DNA of 40,000 nt, taken from assembly GCF_036251935.1 (NCBI RefSeq), contig NZ_CP133967.1. The stretch is one strand, 5' to 3'. Source of the DNA: Orbus wheelerorum (lineage in GTDB: Bacteria; Pseudomonadota; Gammaproteobacteria; Enterobacterales; Orbaceae). Under the pieces are notes generated by a model. That model did no database searches and was not told where the DNA came from. It was given only the letters and a program-made list of their open reading frames with translations. Within the stretch, counting starts at the first letter, position 1, and every line of letters begins with the position of its first letter. Shown one piece after another: positions 30,034-38,455 of the stretch. The position numbers and the translations under genes were made by a program.

Positions 30034-30519
30034 ATGCAAAAAAAAGTCGTGCTTACTGTTGGTAACTCTATGATGGGAGACGATGGCGCAGGTCCTTTAC
30101 TTGCAAAAAAAATGACGGAAAATCCAATTAGAGATTGGCAAGTTATTGATGGCGGAAGTTCACCTGAGAACATGGCTCATATTATTCGGCGAATTAAACC
30201 CAATTTTTTACTTATTATTGATGCAACCGTGATGGGGTTAAATCCCGGCGAAATCAGATTTATTGATGTGGATATGATAGCCGAGATGTTTTTAATGAAT
30301 ACACATAATATGCCACTCAATTTTTTAGTTGAGCAATTAAAGCCTGATGTTGAACGCATTTTATTTCTTGGTATTGAGCCTGATATTGTTGGCTTTTATT
30401 ATCCGATGACTCATGCAGTTATTAACGCGGTTGAAACGGTATATCAGGCACTACAAAAAAACGATATTACGACATCATTTAATCAATTACAAATAGATGA
30501 TATAGGGCAAAGTGCCTAG
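30034..30519 (+). CDS. hycI: Hydrogenase maturation endopeptidase HycI
   Basis: 161 aa, near co-linear with E. coli HycI (VGNSMMGDDGAGPLLA..., DGGSSPEN, IDATVMGLNPGEIRFID, THNMPLNFL, GIEPDIVGFYYPMT). Confidence 0.92.
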   Translation: MQKKVVLTVGNSMMGDDGAGPLLAKKMTENPIRDWQVIDGGSSPENMAHIIRRIKPNFLLIIDATVMGLNPGEIRFIDVDMIAEMFLMNTHNMPLNFLVEQLKPDVERILFLGIEPDIVGFYYPMTHAVINAVETVYQALQKNDITTSFNQLQIDDIGQSA

Positions 30520-30600
30520 CATTCTAAGTTCGCAACGAGGCGATGAAAAATAGTTACGAATTTAAATTATTAAATCTAAGTAGTGCAATAAGGATAAATT

Positions 30601-31125
30601 ATGAATAAATTTATTAATGCAGATGCCAGCGCATGTATCGGTTGTAAAACCTGCGAAATTGCATGTGTACTTGCGCATGGGGAAGAAATTAGAACGATAG
30701 AAAGTGCTCATTTTAATTCAAGATTAGATGTGATTGAAGTTGGTGATATCACGGTGCCTGTTATGTGCCATCAATGTGAAGATGCACCATGTATGCTTGC
30801 TTGTCCTAATGGGGCGATTATTCGTCAAAACAATCATATTAAAGTTTTACAAGAAAAATGTATTGGGTGTAAAACCTGTGTTTTAGCATGCCCATTTGGT
30901 GCGATGAAGGTAAAGTTAAAAATTGAAGACTTAATAGTTGCTGGGCATGCAAGAGGAAAACGATATAAGGCTCAAGCGATTAAATGTGATATTTGCTATT
31001 CCGATCCAAACGGCCCTGCATGTGTACGTACTTGCCCGACCAAAGCATTATCTTTAGTTGATCTTGATGATTTGATAAAAATTCAAGAAAAGCGCCAGCG
31101 TGATAGTGTTTTAGCGATTCGATAA
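30601..31125 (+). CDS. hydN: HydN-type 4x[4Fe-4S] electron-transfer protein (FDH-H-associated)
   Basis: 174 aa (E. coli HydN is 175 aa). It starts MNKFINADASACIGCKTCEIAC and has four Cys-cluster motifs. It lies immediately upstream of fdhF. Confidence 0.85.
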   Translation: MNKFINADASACIGCKTCEIACVLAHGEEIRTIESAHFNSRLDVIEVGDITVPVMCHQCEDAPCMLACPNGAIIRQNNHIKVLQEKCIGCKTCVLACPFGAMKVKLKIEDLIVAGHARGKRYKAQAIKCDICYSDPNGPACVRTCPTKALSLVDLDDLIKIQEKRQRDSVLAIR

Positions 31126-31171
31126 ATTAATTTTATCAAATTTTATCTTATAGAATATAAGAGGTAATCGA

Positions 31172-33358
31172 ATGAAAAATGTTATTGAAGTTTGTCCGTA
31201 TTGTGGCTCTGGTTGCAAAATTAATTTGAGCATTAACAATGGTAAAGTGATCGGAGCTAGCGGTGCTAATGGATTAACAAATGAAGGTGAATTATGTTTG
31301 AAAGGATTATACGGTTGGGATTTTATTCATGACACTAAAATTTTAACGCCTAGACTTAAAAATCCAATGATCCGCCGTGAGAAAAAAGGTGAGCTTGAAG
31401 CCGTTTCTTGGCAAGAGGCGATTGCATTTATCACAGAAAAATTTAAAGCAATAAAAGAGCAATATGGCGCAGATGCGATTATGTGCTCAGGCTCTTCTCG
31501 TAGCACGGGCAATGAAACCAATTATGTAATGCAAAAATTTGCTAGAGCTGCGATTGGTACTAATAATGTCGATTGCTGTGCAAGAGTATGTCATGGCCCA
31601 TCTGTCGCAGGTCTACAGCTTTCAGTCGGCGGCGGCGCTATGAGTAATTCAATTGTTGAAATTGATGATACTAAGTGTATTTTTATTTTTGGTTGGAATC
31701 CCGCAACATCACATCCTATTATTGCTCGACGTATACTTAGAGCCAAAGAAAATGGTGCAAAAATCATTGTTTGTGATCCGCGTAAGATTGAAACTGCAAG
31801 GATCGCTGATATTTATGTACCATTAAAAAATGGTAGTAATATTGCATTTTTAAATTCTGTTGCTTACGTTTTACTGGAAGAAAATCTTATAAATCGGTCA
31901 TTCATTGATAAATATACTGATGGTTTTGAGCAATTTAAACAAATCATTATGCAATACCCACCTGAATCAACGCAGGCAATAACAGGAATTGATCCTTTCG
32001 TTGTTCGTGAAGTTGCAAGAATGTATGCAACCTCTCCCACTTCTGGAATTTTTTGGGGAATGGGGGTTTGCCAGTTTTATCAGGGGGTTGAGACCGTGCG
32101 AGCATTGGCTAGCTTAGCGTTATTAACCGGCCAAATTGGCCGGCCAAATACAGGATTAGGGCCTGTTAGAGGCCAAAATAATGTGCAAGGTGCCTGTGAT
32201 ATGGGGGCATTACCTAATCAGTTTCCTGGTTATCAAAATGTTACCGATCCAGAAGCAAGAGCTAAGTTTGAGAAAGCATGGGGGGTTGAAAAACTTCCTG
32301 ATACGATTGGAACGTATCTTACCGAAATTGCGATGAAAGCGGAGCAAGGCTTACTTAAAGCATTTTATTGCATGGGGGAAGATCCTTTGCAAACCGAACC
32401 TGATTTATCGGCGGTAAGACATGGCTTTAGTAAGCTTGATCTACTAATTGTGCAAGATGTATTTATGACGAAAACCGCCGCAGTAGCTGATGTTATATTG
32501 CCTGCAACAACGTGGGGGGAGCATGAAGGCGTCTATTCTGCAGCCGATAGAGGTTTCCAGCGTTTTTATAAAGCAGTTGAGCCGGTTGGTGATGTCAAAG
32601 TTGATTGGGAAATTATTAGCTTGCTTTCAAGTGCTTTAGGTTATCCGATGCATTATAATAATACTCAAGAAATCTGGGATGAACTGCGTGAGCTGTGCCC
32701 TCAATATTATGGTGCAACCTATGAAAAAATGGATGCTAATGGCGGCTTAGGTTATGTGCAGTGGCCGTGCCCTACGCTTGACTCACCGGGCTCTCGTTAT
32801 TTATATAGTGACGGGCAAGGCGGCGTTAAATTTGACACGCCAAATGGTAAAGGGCAGTTATTTACCTGTGATTGGGCACATCCAGTAGAAAGAACTAATG
32901 ATGAATATCCACTTATTTTAACAACAGTGCGCGAAGTAGGGCACTATTCTTGCCGCTCGATGACGGGTAATTGCCGAGCTTTAGCAATCTTAGCTGATGA
33001 GCCTGGCTATGTACAAATAAATATTCAAGATGCTAAAGCACTTAATATTAAGGATGATGAGTTGGTTTGGATTGAATCTTGCCGTGGAAAAGTGATATCG
33101 CGTGCAAGTGTCAGTGATAGAACCAATAAAGGGGCCGTTTACATGACTTATCAATGGTGGATAGGGGCTTGTAATGAACTTATTGGCGAGCATTTAAGCC
33201 CTATTAGCCGAACGCCCGAGTATAAATATGTACCGGTTAAATTGACGTCAATTAATGATCAACAGTGGGCTGAAGGTTATGTGCTAGAAGAATATCATCA
33301 ATTAAAACACCGTCTTCGTTCTCAAACTGAAAACGCAACATTTCCATCCTATAAATAA
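31172..33358 (+). CDS. fdhF: Formate dehydrogenase H (FdhF), molybdopterin enzyme. Cysteine variant: Cys140 replaces selenocysteine.
   Basis: 728 aa, co-linear with E. coli FdhF, including the N-terminal 4Fe-4S motif (CPYCGSGCKINL). The active-site context is NNVDCCARVCHGPSVAG, where E. coli has CARVUHGPSVAG. Codon 140 is TGT at 31589-31591, and the ORF has no in-frame TGA. Confidence 0.93.
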   Translation: MKNVIEVCPYCGSGCKINLSINNGKVIGASGANGLTNEGELCLKGLYGWDFIHDTKILTPRLKNPMIRREKKGELEAVSWQEAIAFITEKFKAIKEQYGADAIMCSGSSRSTGNETNYVMQKFARAAIGTNNVDCCARVCHGPSVAGLQLSVGGGAMSNSIVEIDDTKCIFIFGWNPATSHPIIARRILRAKENGAKIIVCDPRKIETARIADIYVPLKNGSNIAFLNSVAYVLLEENLINRSFIDKYTDGFEQFKQIIMQYPPESTQAITGIDPFVVREVARMYATSPTSGIFWGMGVCQFYQGVETVRALASLALLTGQIGRPNTGLGPVRGQNNVQGACDMGALPNQFPGYQNVTDPEARAKFEKAWGVEKLPDTIGTYLTEIAMKAEQGLLKAFYCMGEDPLQTEPDLSAVRHGFSKLDLLIVQDVFMTKTAAVADVILPATTWGEHEGVYSAADRGFQRFYKAVEPVGDVKVDWEIISLLSSALGYPMHYNNTQEIWDELRELCPQYYGATYEKMDANGGLGYVQWPCPTLDSPGSRYLYSDGQGGVKFDTPNGKGQLFTCDWAHPVERTNDEYPLILTTVREVGHYSCRSMTGNCRALAILADEPGYVQINIQDAKALNIKDDELVWIESCRGKVISRASVSDRTNKGAVYMTYQWWIGACNELIGEHLSPISRTPEYKYVPVKLTSINDQQWAEGYVLEEYHQLKHRLRSQTENATFPSYK

Positions 33359-33380
33359 GTATTTATATCAGCAACACCAA

Positions 33381-33414
33381 AAACCAAGAAAACCTACTTT
33401 TCTTGGTTTTTTTA
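33381..33414 (+). terminator. Rho-independent terminator ending the hyf-hycI-hydN-fdhF transcription unit
   Basis: 12 bp perfect stem, aaaccaagaaaa (33381-33392) with ttttcttggttt (33398-33409), loop cctac, followed by a T-run. Confidence 0.75.
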
Positions 33415-33462
33415 TTTATAATAATTTACGTTGCAGGTGGATAAGTTAAAATTAAGGTATAA

Positions 33463-34089
33463 ATGATGAGTAGCTTAATAAAATCGACAATTAAAGTAGA
33501 TAATTTAACGATAAAGCAAGGTGATAAGACGCTATGGAGAGATCTCTCTTTTTGCTTACAAAGCGGCGATAGGTTAGGGATCTCAGCGCCAAGCGGCTTT
33601 GGTAAAAGTACACTAGGGCGAGTTATTGCACACTGGCAAAAAGTCTCATCGGGTAGCATTTTGCTTGATGGTAATGTTATCTCAACTAAAGGTTATTGCC
33701 CTATTCAGTTAGTTAATCAACACCCTGAACGAAGTTTTAATCCTTATCGCACTTTGCAGGCGAGCTTATATGATGCATGGAACCCTGCGCCTTGTTGGTT
33801 TGATAAATTATCGATTAAATCAACATGGTTGGCGCGCAGACCAAGCGAACTATCTGGTGGTGAGCTTGCTAGAATTGCTTTATTGCGAGCGTTAGATCCG
33901 CGTACTCAATTTTTGATTGTCGATGAAGCCACTGCGCAACTTGATGCTTATATTCAAGCAAAAATTTGGCAAATTTTAATTGATGAATCAGTCAAACGCC
34001 CTTTAGGAATGCTAATTTTTAGTCATAATAAAACATTATTACAAAAAGTCTGTACCAATATTCTCTATTTTGATGATGCTCGTGACTGA
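33463..34089 (+). CDS. ABC transporter ATP-binding protein, short Nik/Opp 'E/F' type (NikE/YntE-like)
   Basis: 208 aa. Walker A APSGFGKST, signature LSGGELARI, Walker B FLIVDEAT, H-loop FSHN. There is no permease gene next to it. An alternative ATG lies at 33466. Confidence 0.8.
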   Translation: MMSSLIKSTIKVDNLTIKQGDKTLWRDLSFCLQSGDRLGISAPSGFGKSTLGRVIAHWQKVSSGSILLDGNVISTKGYCPIQLVNQHPERSFNPYRTLQASLYDAWNPAPCWFDKLSIKSTWLARRPSELSGGELARIALLRALDPRTQFLIVDEATAQLDAYIQAKIWQILIDESVKRPLGMLIFSHNKTLLQKVCTNILYFDDARD

Positions 34090-34095
34090 ATTATA

Positions 34096-34866
34096 TTAGC
34101 CTATAAATTTATGTTCAGGCAATGCATCCCATAAACATAGTGACCACTCACTTGCTTGCCGCCTCTTTAGTTGACTTGGCGTTACGATTTCTTCAAGTCT
34201 ACCACCATGTAAAACGGCTATCCGATCTGCAAATTTAGCTGCCATGGCAAGATCATGCGTAACCCATAAGATCCCTCGGCCTTGTTCACATAATTTTTTT
34301 AGGTACGTTAGCAATTGCATTGCATGCTTGTCATCAAGCCAAGACGTTATTTCATCAGCCAATATGTACTGAGCATGGGTTAATGTTGCGTTACATGCTA
34401 ATACTCTTTTTGCCATTCCACCCGATAACTGCCTTGGATAAAAATTGACAATATTTTTTTGTAATTCAAATTGCTGTAAAAGATGTAAAACTTCATGAGA
34501 GTGCTTTTGTACCCCACTTAGTTTAGTCGTTCGTTTTAATTGTGGACCGATGCGGATAAGAGGGTTAAGTGCACTAACACCTTGAGGAACATAACAAATC
34601 GTATTACCGCGTAGTTGGCTTTTTTTTGCTTCAGTTATTACCTGACCATTGATTGAAATATGGCCACTAGAGCGCATATTGTTAGGTAATAAACCGAGGG
34701 TATTTTGCAAAAATATACTCTTACCTTCACCACTACCACCAATTAGTGCGACAACTTCCCCTGGATTAATTCCAATAGTTATATCCTTCAATAAAGGTTG
34801 CCAAGTTTTAACGCCTAACCACTTAAATTGAGCAATATCGATAGCGATATTTTCAAATGTTAACAT
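34096..34866 (-). CDS. ABC transporter ATP-binding protein, Nik/Opp 'D' type (NikD/YntD-like)
   Basis: 256 aa. Walker A GGSGEGKS, signature LSGGMAKRV, Walker B ILADEITSWLD, H-loop VTHD. It is convergent with the preceding ATPase gene, with stop codons 6 bp apart. Confidence 0.8.
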   Translation of the reverse strand: MLTFENIAIDIAQFKWLGVKTWQPLLKDITIGINPGEVVALIGGSGEGKSIFLQNTLGLLPNNMRSSGHISINGQVITEAKKSQLRGNTICYVPQGVSALNPLIRIGPQLKRTTKLSGVQKHSHEVLHLLQQFELQKNIVNFYPRQLSGGMAKRVLACNATLTHAQYILADEITSWLDDKHAMQLLTYLKKLCEQGRGILWVTHDLAMAAKFADRIAVLHGGRLEEIVTPSQLKRRQASEWSLCLWDALPEHKFIG

Positions 34867-35362
34867 TATCTAATCCTTACCTTTGATTAAACATCTATGA
34901 TTAAACGTAATGTTGCCAATTTGAGTATTGCTATTATTTATCAAAACTCAGTTTAGAATAGGCAAAATTTTCTTATTCAATCAATGTTAGAGCTAAGATC
35001 TCAATGATTAATAATATCTGTAATTAGGATATTATATAACCATTACCGATTAAAATGCAGTTTTATCATATGCACCAATAAAGCTGATGATGCCGCTGTC
35101 TGTAAACTTAATAAACGACAAGCGATTGTCGGCTAAGCTATTATTGAATTGCTTAAAACATGATGGCTATATAAAACATATCGAAAAGGACCGTCAAATC
35201 CCTCTCAAATTTCCATAAAAACTGACTAATTCATTGTATTATTTTAGATAATTTGTTGATTAAATAATATTAATTAGTTAATCTGTTATGGTAACCCATA
35301 TAAATAACTCTAATCATTCAATTCATTGGTTATCTTTTAGTGCTCAATTTTACGGCCCGGTG

Positions 35363-35390
35363 TTGCTTTTTTTCGAGCCGGGAATATTAT
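35363..35390 (+). promoter_or_regulatory. Candidate sigma70 promoter for gadBC
   Basis: TTGCTT (35363-35368), 16 nt spacer, TATTAT (35385-35390), about 70 nt upstream of the gadB ATG. The spacer contains the 3' arm of a GC-rich inverted repeat, cccgg (35356-35360) with ccggg (35378-35382). Pattern match only. Confidence 0.3.
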
Positions 35391-35461
35391 AAAAAAAGAA
35401 TTACACGTTTTTAATTTGATTTGATCCAGTTAATAAAGTTAATTATTTTATAGGAGCTTTT

Positions 35462-36868
35462 ATGAGTAACGTCAAAAATCATAGTTCGGATTCAGAAAAT
35501 GCAATTGATGATGTTTATGGTTCATCAGAATTAGTCTCATCATTACCAAAAAATAAATTTCCAGCCAAAGAAAAAAATCCACAACATATTTTTAATGCCG
35601 TACGTGATGAGCTAATGCTTGATGGTAATTCAAGACAAAATCTTGCGACTTTCTGTCAAACTTGGGTTGAAGATGAAGTTCGTGAATTAATGGATTTATC
35701 TATCGATAAAAATATGATCGATAAAGATGAATATCCACAAACGGCTGAAATCGAAGCGCGCTGCGTTAGAATGCTTGCCGATCTTTGGAACTCCCCAACA
35801 CCTGATACAACAATGGGATGTTCGACCATTGGTTCATCGGAAGCGGCAATGCTTGGTGGGCTTGCTTTAAAATGGCAATGGCGTAAAAAACGAATTGCCG
35901 AAGGAAAATCTGCGGATAAACCCAATTTGATTTGCGGACCAGTACAGATTTGTTGGCATAAGTTTGCGCGTTATTTTGATGTGGAGTTACGAGAAATTCC
36001 ACTAGAAGGCGAGCGCCTAATTATGAATGCTGAAGAAGTGTTAAAACGTGTAGATGAAAATACCATTGGCGTTGTACCAACATTAGGGGTGACATTTACT
36101 TGTCAATATGAACCCGTTAAAGCAGTTAGTGATGCATTAGATAAATTACAAAAAGATACTGGTTTAGACATTCCAATTCATGTCGATGGCGCGAGTGGTG
36201 GTTTTTTAGCGCCGTTTTGTGCGCCAGACATTGCGTGGGATTTTCGTTTACCGCGAGTCAAATCAATTAATAGCTCCGGACATAAATTTGGTTTAGCGCC
36301 ATTAGGTGCAGGCTGGGTTGTATGGCGTGAAGCAAAAGATTTGCCTGAGGAGTTAGTGTTTAAAGTTAACTATTTAGGCGGCGATATGCCAACATTTGCC
36401 CTTAACTTTTCTCGCCCTGGTGGACAAATTATTGCCCAATATTATAACTTCTTACGATTAGGTAAAGAAGGTTACGCAAAAATTCATAATGCTTGTTATA
36501 GCACTGCTCAATATCTTTCTGCCGAAATTGCCAAATTAGGGCCATTTGAGATTCTATTTGATGGCGATTCTCAAAAAGGGATCCCCGCTTTAGCATGGAA
36601 ATTAAAAAATGGCTCAACTATTGGTGGATATACTCTTTATGATTTAGCCGATCGTTTACGTATCCGCGGGTGGCAAGTTCCAGCCTACTCAATGCCAGCA
36701 AATAGAGAAGATCTCGTTGTTCAACGAATATTAGTTCGTCATGGTGTTAGTCGCGATTTAGCTAATTTGCTGTTAGATGATATGAAACGTGCACTGGATT
36801 ATTTTGCTAAGCACCCAGTGACAAATCCTCTTTCAGAAAAAGAAGCGAGTGGGTTTAATCATGGTTAA
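35462..36868 (+). CDS. gadB: Glutamate decarboxylase (PLP-dependent), GadA/GadB orthologue
   Basis: 468 aa (E. coli GadB is 466 aa) and co-linear with it. Matching segments include NLATFCQTW, the PLP-lysine motif [11 protein letters not shown], and [12 protein letters not shown] penultimate His (…FNHG) parallels E. coli …FKHT. Confidence 0.95.
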   Translation: MSNVKNHSSDSENAIDDVYGSSELVSSLPKNKFPAKEKNPQHIFNAVRDELMLDGNSRQNLATFCQTWVEDEVRELMDLSIDKNMIDKDEYPQTAEIEARCVRMLADLWNSPTPDTTMGCSTIGSSEAAMLGGLALKWQWRKKRIAEGKSADKPNLICGPVQICWHKFARYFDVELREIPLEGERLIMNAEEVLKRVDENTIGVVPTLGVTFTCQYEPVKAVSDALDKLQKDTGLDIPIHVDGASGGFLAPFCAPDIAWDFRLPRVKSINSSGHKFGLAPLGAGWVVWREAKDLPEELVFKVNYLGGDMPTFALNFSRPGGQIIAQYYNFLRLGKEGYAKIHNACYSTAQYLSAEIAKLGPFEILFDGDSQKGIPALAWKLKNGSTIGGYTLYDLADRLRIRGWQVPAYSMPANREDLVVQRILVRHGVSRDLANLLLDDMKRALDYFAKHPVTNPLSEKEASGFNHG

Positions 36869-36938
36869 TGTCTAATTTATTTAGCATAACTATCGATTTT
36901 AATCAGCGTATTAATGATTTTATTTACGAGATGAAATA

Positions 36939-38372
36939 ATGAGCAATACAAATACTGTAAAAAAATTAAGCTTGTTTGGCTTCTTTGCCATCACAGCTTC
37001 AATGGTATTAACCGTATATGAATATCCAGCTTTTGCTGTATCGAAGATGAATTTAGTTTTTTATCTTTTGGTTGCTGGATTTTTGTGGTTTATTCCTGTT
37101 TCACTTGTTTCAGCTGAAATGGCAACGGTTAAAGGGTGGCAAAAAGGCGGGATTTTTACATGGGTTGAAAAAACTCTCGGCCCTAAATGGGGATTTGCCG
37201 CTGTGTTTTATCAATGGTTCCAAATAACGGTTTGCTTTATCACAATGATTTACTTTATTATCGGCGCATTTTCGATGGCCTTTGGTTGGAGTGAGCTAAA
37301 TAGTGATCCATGGCTTAAACTTGCGGCAGTCCTTGTTATCTTTTGGGTCGTGACTATATCACAATTTTGGGGAACGAAATGGACTGAAATTATTGCAAAA
37401 TTCGGTTTTATTTTCGGAGTATTTGGTTCAGGTATTTTATTATTCGTACTTGCTATCATTTATATATTGCAAGGTGGCGATATTCAAGTATCTTTCGGCG
37501 CTGATGCTTGGATCCCTGATTTTTCAAAATTTAACACCTTAGTTATTTTTGTGTCATTCATTTTAGCTTACTGTGGGGTTGAATCATCAGCAAGTCATGC
37601 AAATGAAATGAAAAATCCAGCAAGGGATTACCCATTAGCGATGTTATTGTTAGTTATTGTTGCCATTGGGATTGATATTTTAGGTGGTTTTACGATTGCC
37701 GCGACAATTCCACAAAGTGAGCTTGGATTAAATACCGGTGTTATTCAGGCATTTGAATATTTAATTAGCTATTTTGGTGGCGCAGCTTGGATTGTTAGTG
37801 CGATTGCAATTATTATTTGTATCGGTGTTATTGCGGAAATTGCATGTTGGGTTGTTGGGCCATCAGCAGCACTGTTAAATGCCGCGGAAAAAGGGTTATT
37901 GCCTAAATCATTAGCAAAAACAAACAAAGCTGCCGTTCCGGTTAATCTTGTTATTATTCAAGGTGTTGTTGTTTCGATTTGGGCTTGTGTGCTAACATTA
38001 GGCGGCGGTGGCGGCAATTTATCATTCTTTATTGCTATTGCCTTAACTGTTTGTATTTATCTTGTTGCATATACCTTGATGTTTATTGGTTATTTGAAGT
38101 TAACATATAAACAAACAGAGAAAGAGAGAGCATTTAGGATCCCTGGCGGTAAGTTTGGTAAAACAATTATTGCCTTAGTTGGGCTCGTAATTACTATTTT
38201 TGCATTCTTTATCTCATTCTTCCCACCAGCTAATATTGGTGGAAATATATCAGATTTATCTTATTTTGCGATATTAGTGATTTGCTGGGCTGCGATGGTT
38301 GCGGTGCCGTTTTTAATCTACCATTTTTATGGTAAAAAGCATTACCAACCAGACGTTGCAAGCGATAATTAA
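36939..38372 (+). CDS. gadC: Glutamate:GABA antiporter GadC (APC superfamily), with a short C-terminal tail
   Basis: 477 aa, co-linear with E. coli GadC from the N-terminus (KKLSLFGFFAITASMV..., NEMKNPARDYPLAMLLL). It ends about 10 residues after the last TM segment (…PFLIYHFYGKKHYQPDVASDN), whereas E. coli GadC is 511 aa. Confidence 0.9.
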   Translation: MSNTNTVKKLSLFGFFAITASMVLTVYEYPAFAVSKMNLVFYLLVAGFLWFIPVSLVSAEMATVKGWQKGGIFTWVEKTLGPKWGFAAVFYQWFQITVCFITMIYFIIGAFSMAFGWSELNSDPWLKLAAVLVIFWVVTISQFWGTKWTEIIAKFGFIFGVFGSGILLFVLAIIYILQGGDIQVSFGADAWIPDFSKFNTLVIFVSFILAYCGVESSASHANEMKNPARDYPLAMLLLVIVAIGIDILGGFTIAATIPQSELGLNTGVIQAFEYLISYFGGAAWIVSAIAIIICIGVIAEIACWVVGPSAALLNAAEKGLLPKSLAKTNKAAVPVNLVIIQGVVVSIWACVLTLGGGGGNLSFFIAIALTVCIYLVAYTLMFIGYLKLTYKQTEKERAFRIPGGKFGKTIIALVGLVITIFAFFISFFPPANIGGNISDLSYFAILVICWAAMVAVPFLIYHFYGKKHYQPDVASDN

Positions 38373-38416
38373 TTATTATCGTAACAGATAAATGGGTCTA
38401 AACTTCATTTAGTTAA

Positions 38417-38455
38417 TGTTAACTTGGTGATAATACCACCAAGTTAACAATTTTG
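38417..38455 (+). terminator. Rho-independent terminator after gadC
   Basis: 13 bp perfect stem, tgttaacttggtg (38417-38429) with caccaagttaaca (38437-38449), 7 nt loop, followed by attttgattt. Confidence 0.7.

Noticed and set aside
31589-31640. Selenocysteine recoding (in-frame TGA plus SECIS) in fdhF
   Set aside because: The ORF is uninterrupted and codon 140 is TGT. There is no in-frame TGA, so no recoding is needed.
1833-34866. A single large inversion as the explanation for the split ABC transporter
   Set aside because: Working through strand orientations, no single inversion converts the arrangement C(-)B(-)A(-)…E(+)D(-) into a co-linear ABCDE operon. At least two events or independent origins are required.
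35024-35043. Possible GadE 'gad box' (TTAGGATATTATATAACCAT versus the E. coli TTAGGATTTTGTTATTTAAA) upstream of gadB
   Set aside because: Only about 11 of 20 positions match, mostly the first 7 nt. It lies about 440 bp upstream of gadB rather than near -63, and no gadE is present in the window. This is indistinguishable from chance in AT-rich sequence.
35087-35218. 43-aa ORF (MMPLSVNLINDKRLSAKLLLNCLKHDGYIKHIEKDRQIPLKFP) in a slightly GC-richer patch of the nikD/gadB intergenic region, considered as a small gene or a regulator remnant
   Set aside because: It has no RBS and no motif I can recognise, and stops flank it in the same frame. It cannot be supported without a database search. blastx of 34870-35460 would settle it.
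1068-37459. About 30 ORFs of 60-116 aa in the supplied track lie antisense to, or out of frame within, the large genes. Examples: 1068-1250, 1964-2161, 3804-4058, 4413-4721, 5552-5770, 7185-7379, 9260-9505, 10630-10881, 15393-15620, 19175-19387, 21776-22126, 23756-24067, 25464-26354, 26836-27105, 28113-28298, 29146-29427, 31327-31521, 32990-33193, 33426-33659, 34649-34831, 35656-36002, 36429-36617, 37250-37459.
   Set aside because: Each is fully embedded in a much longer, well-supported gene on the other strand or frame. They have low-complexity or odd composition and no recognisable motifs or RBS. They are typical shadow ORFs of AT-rich DNA.
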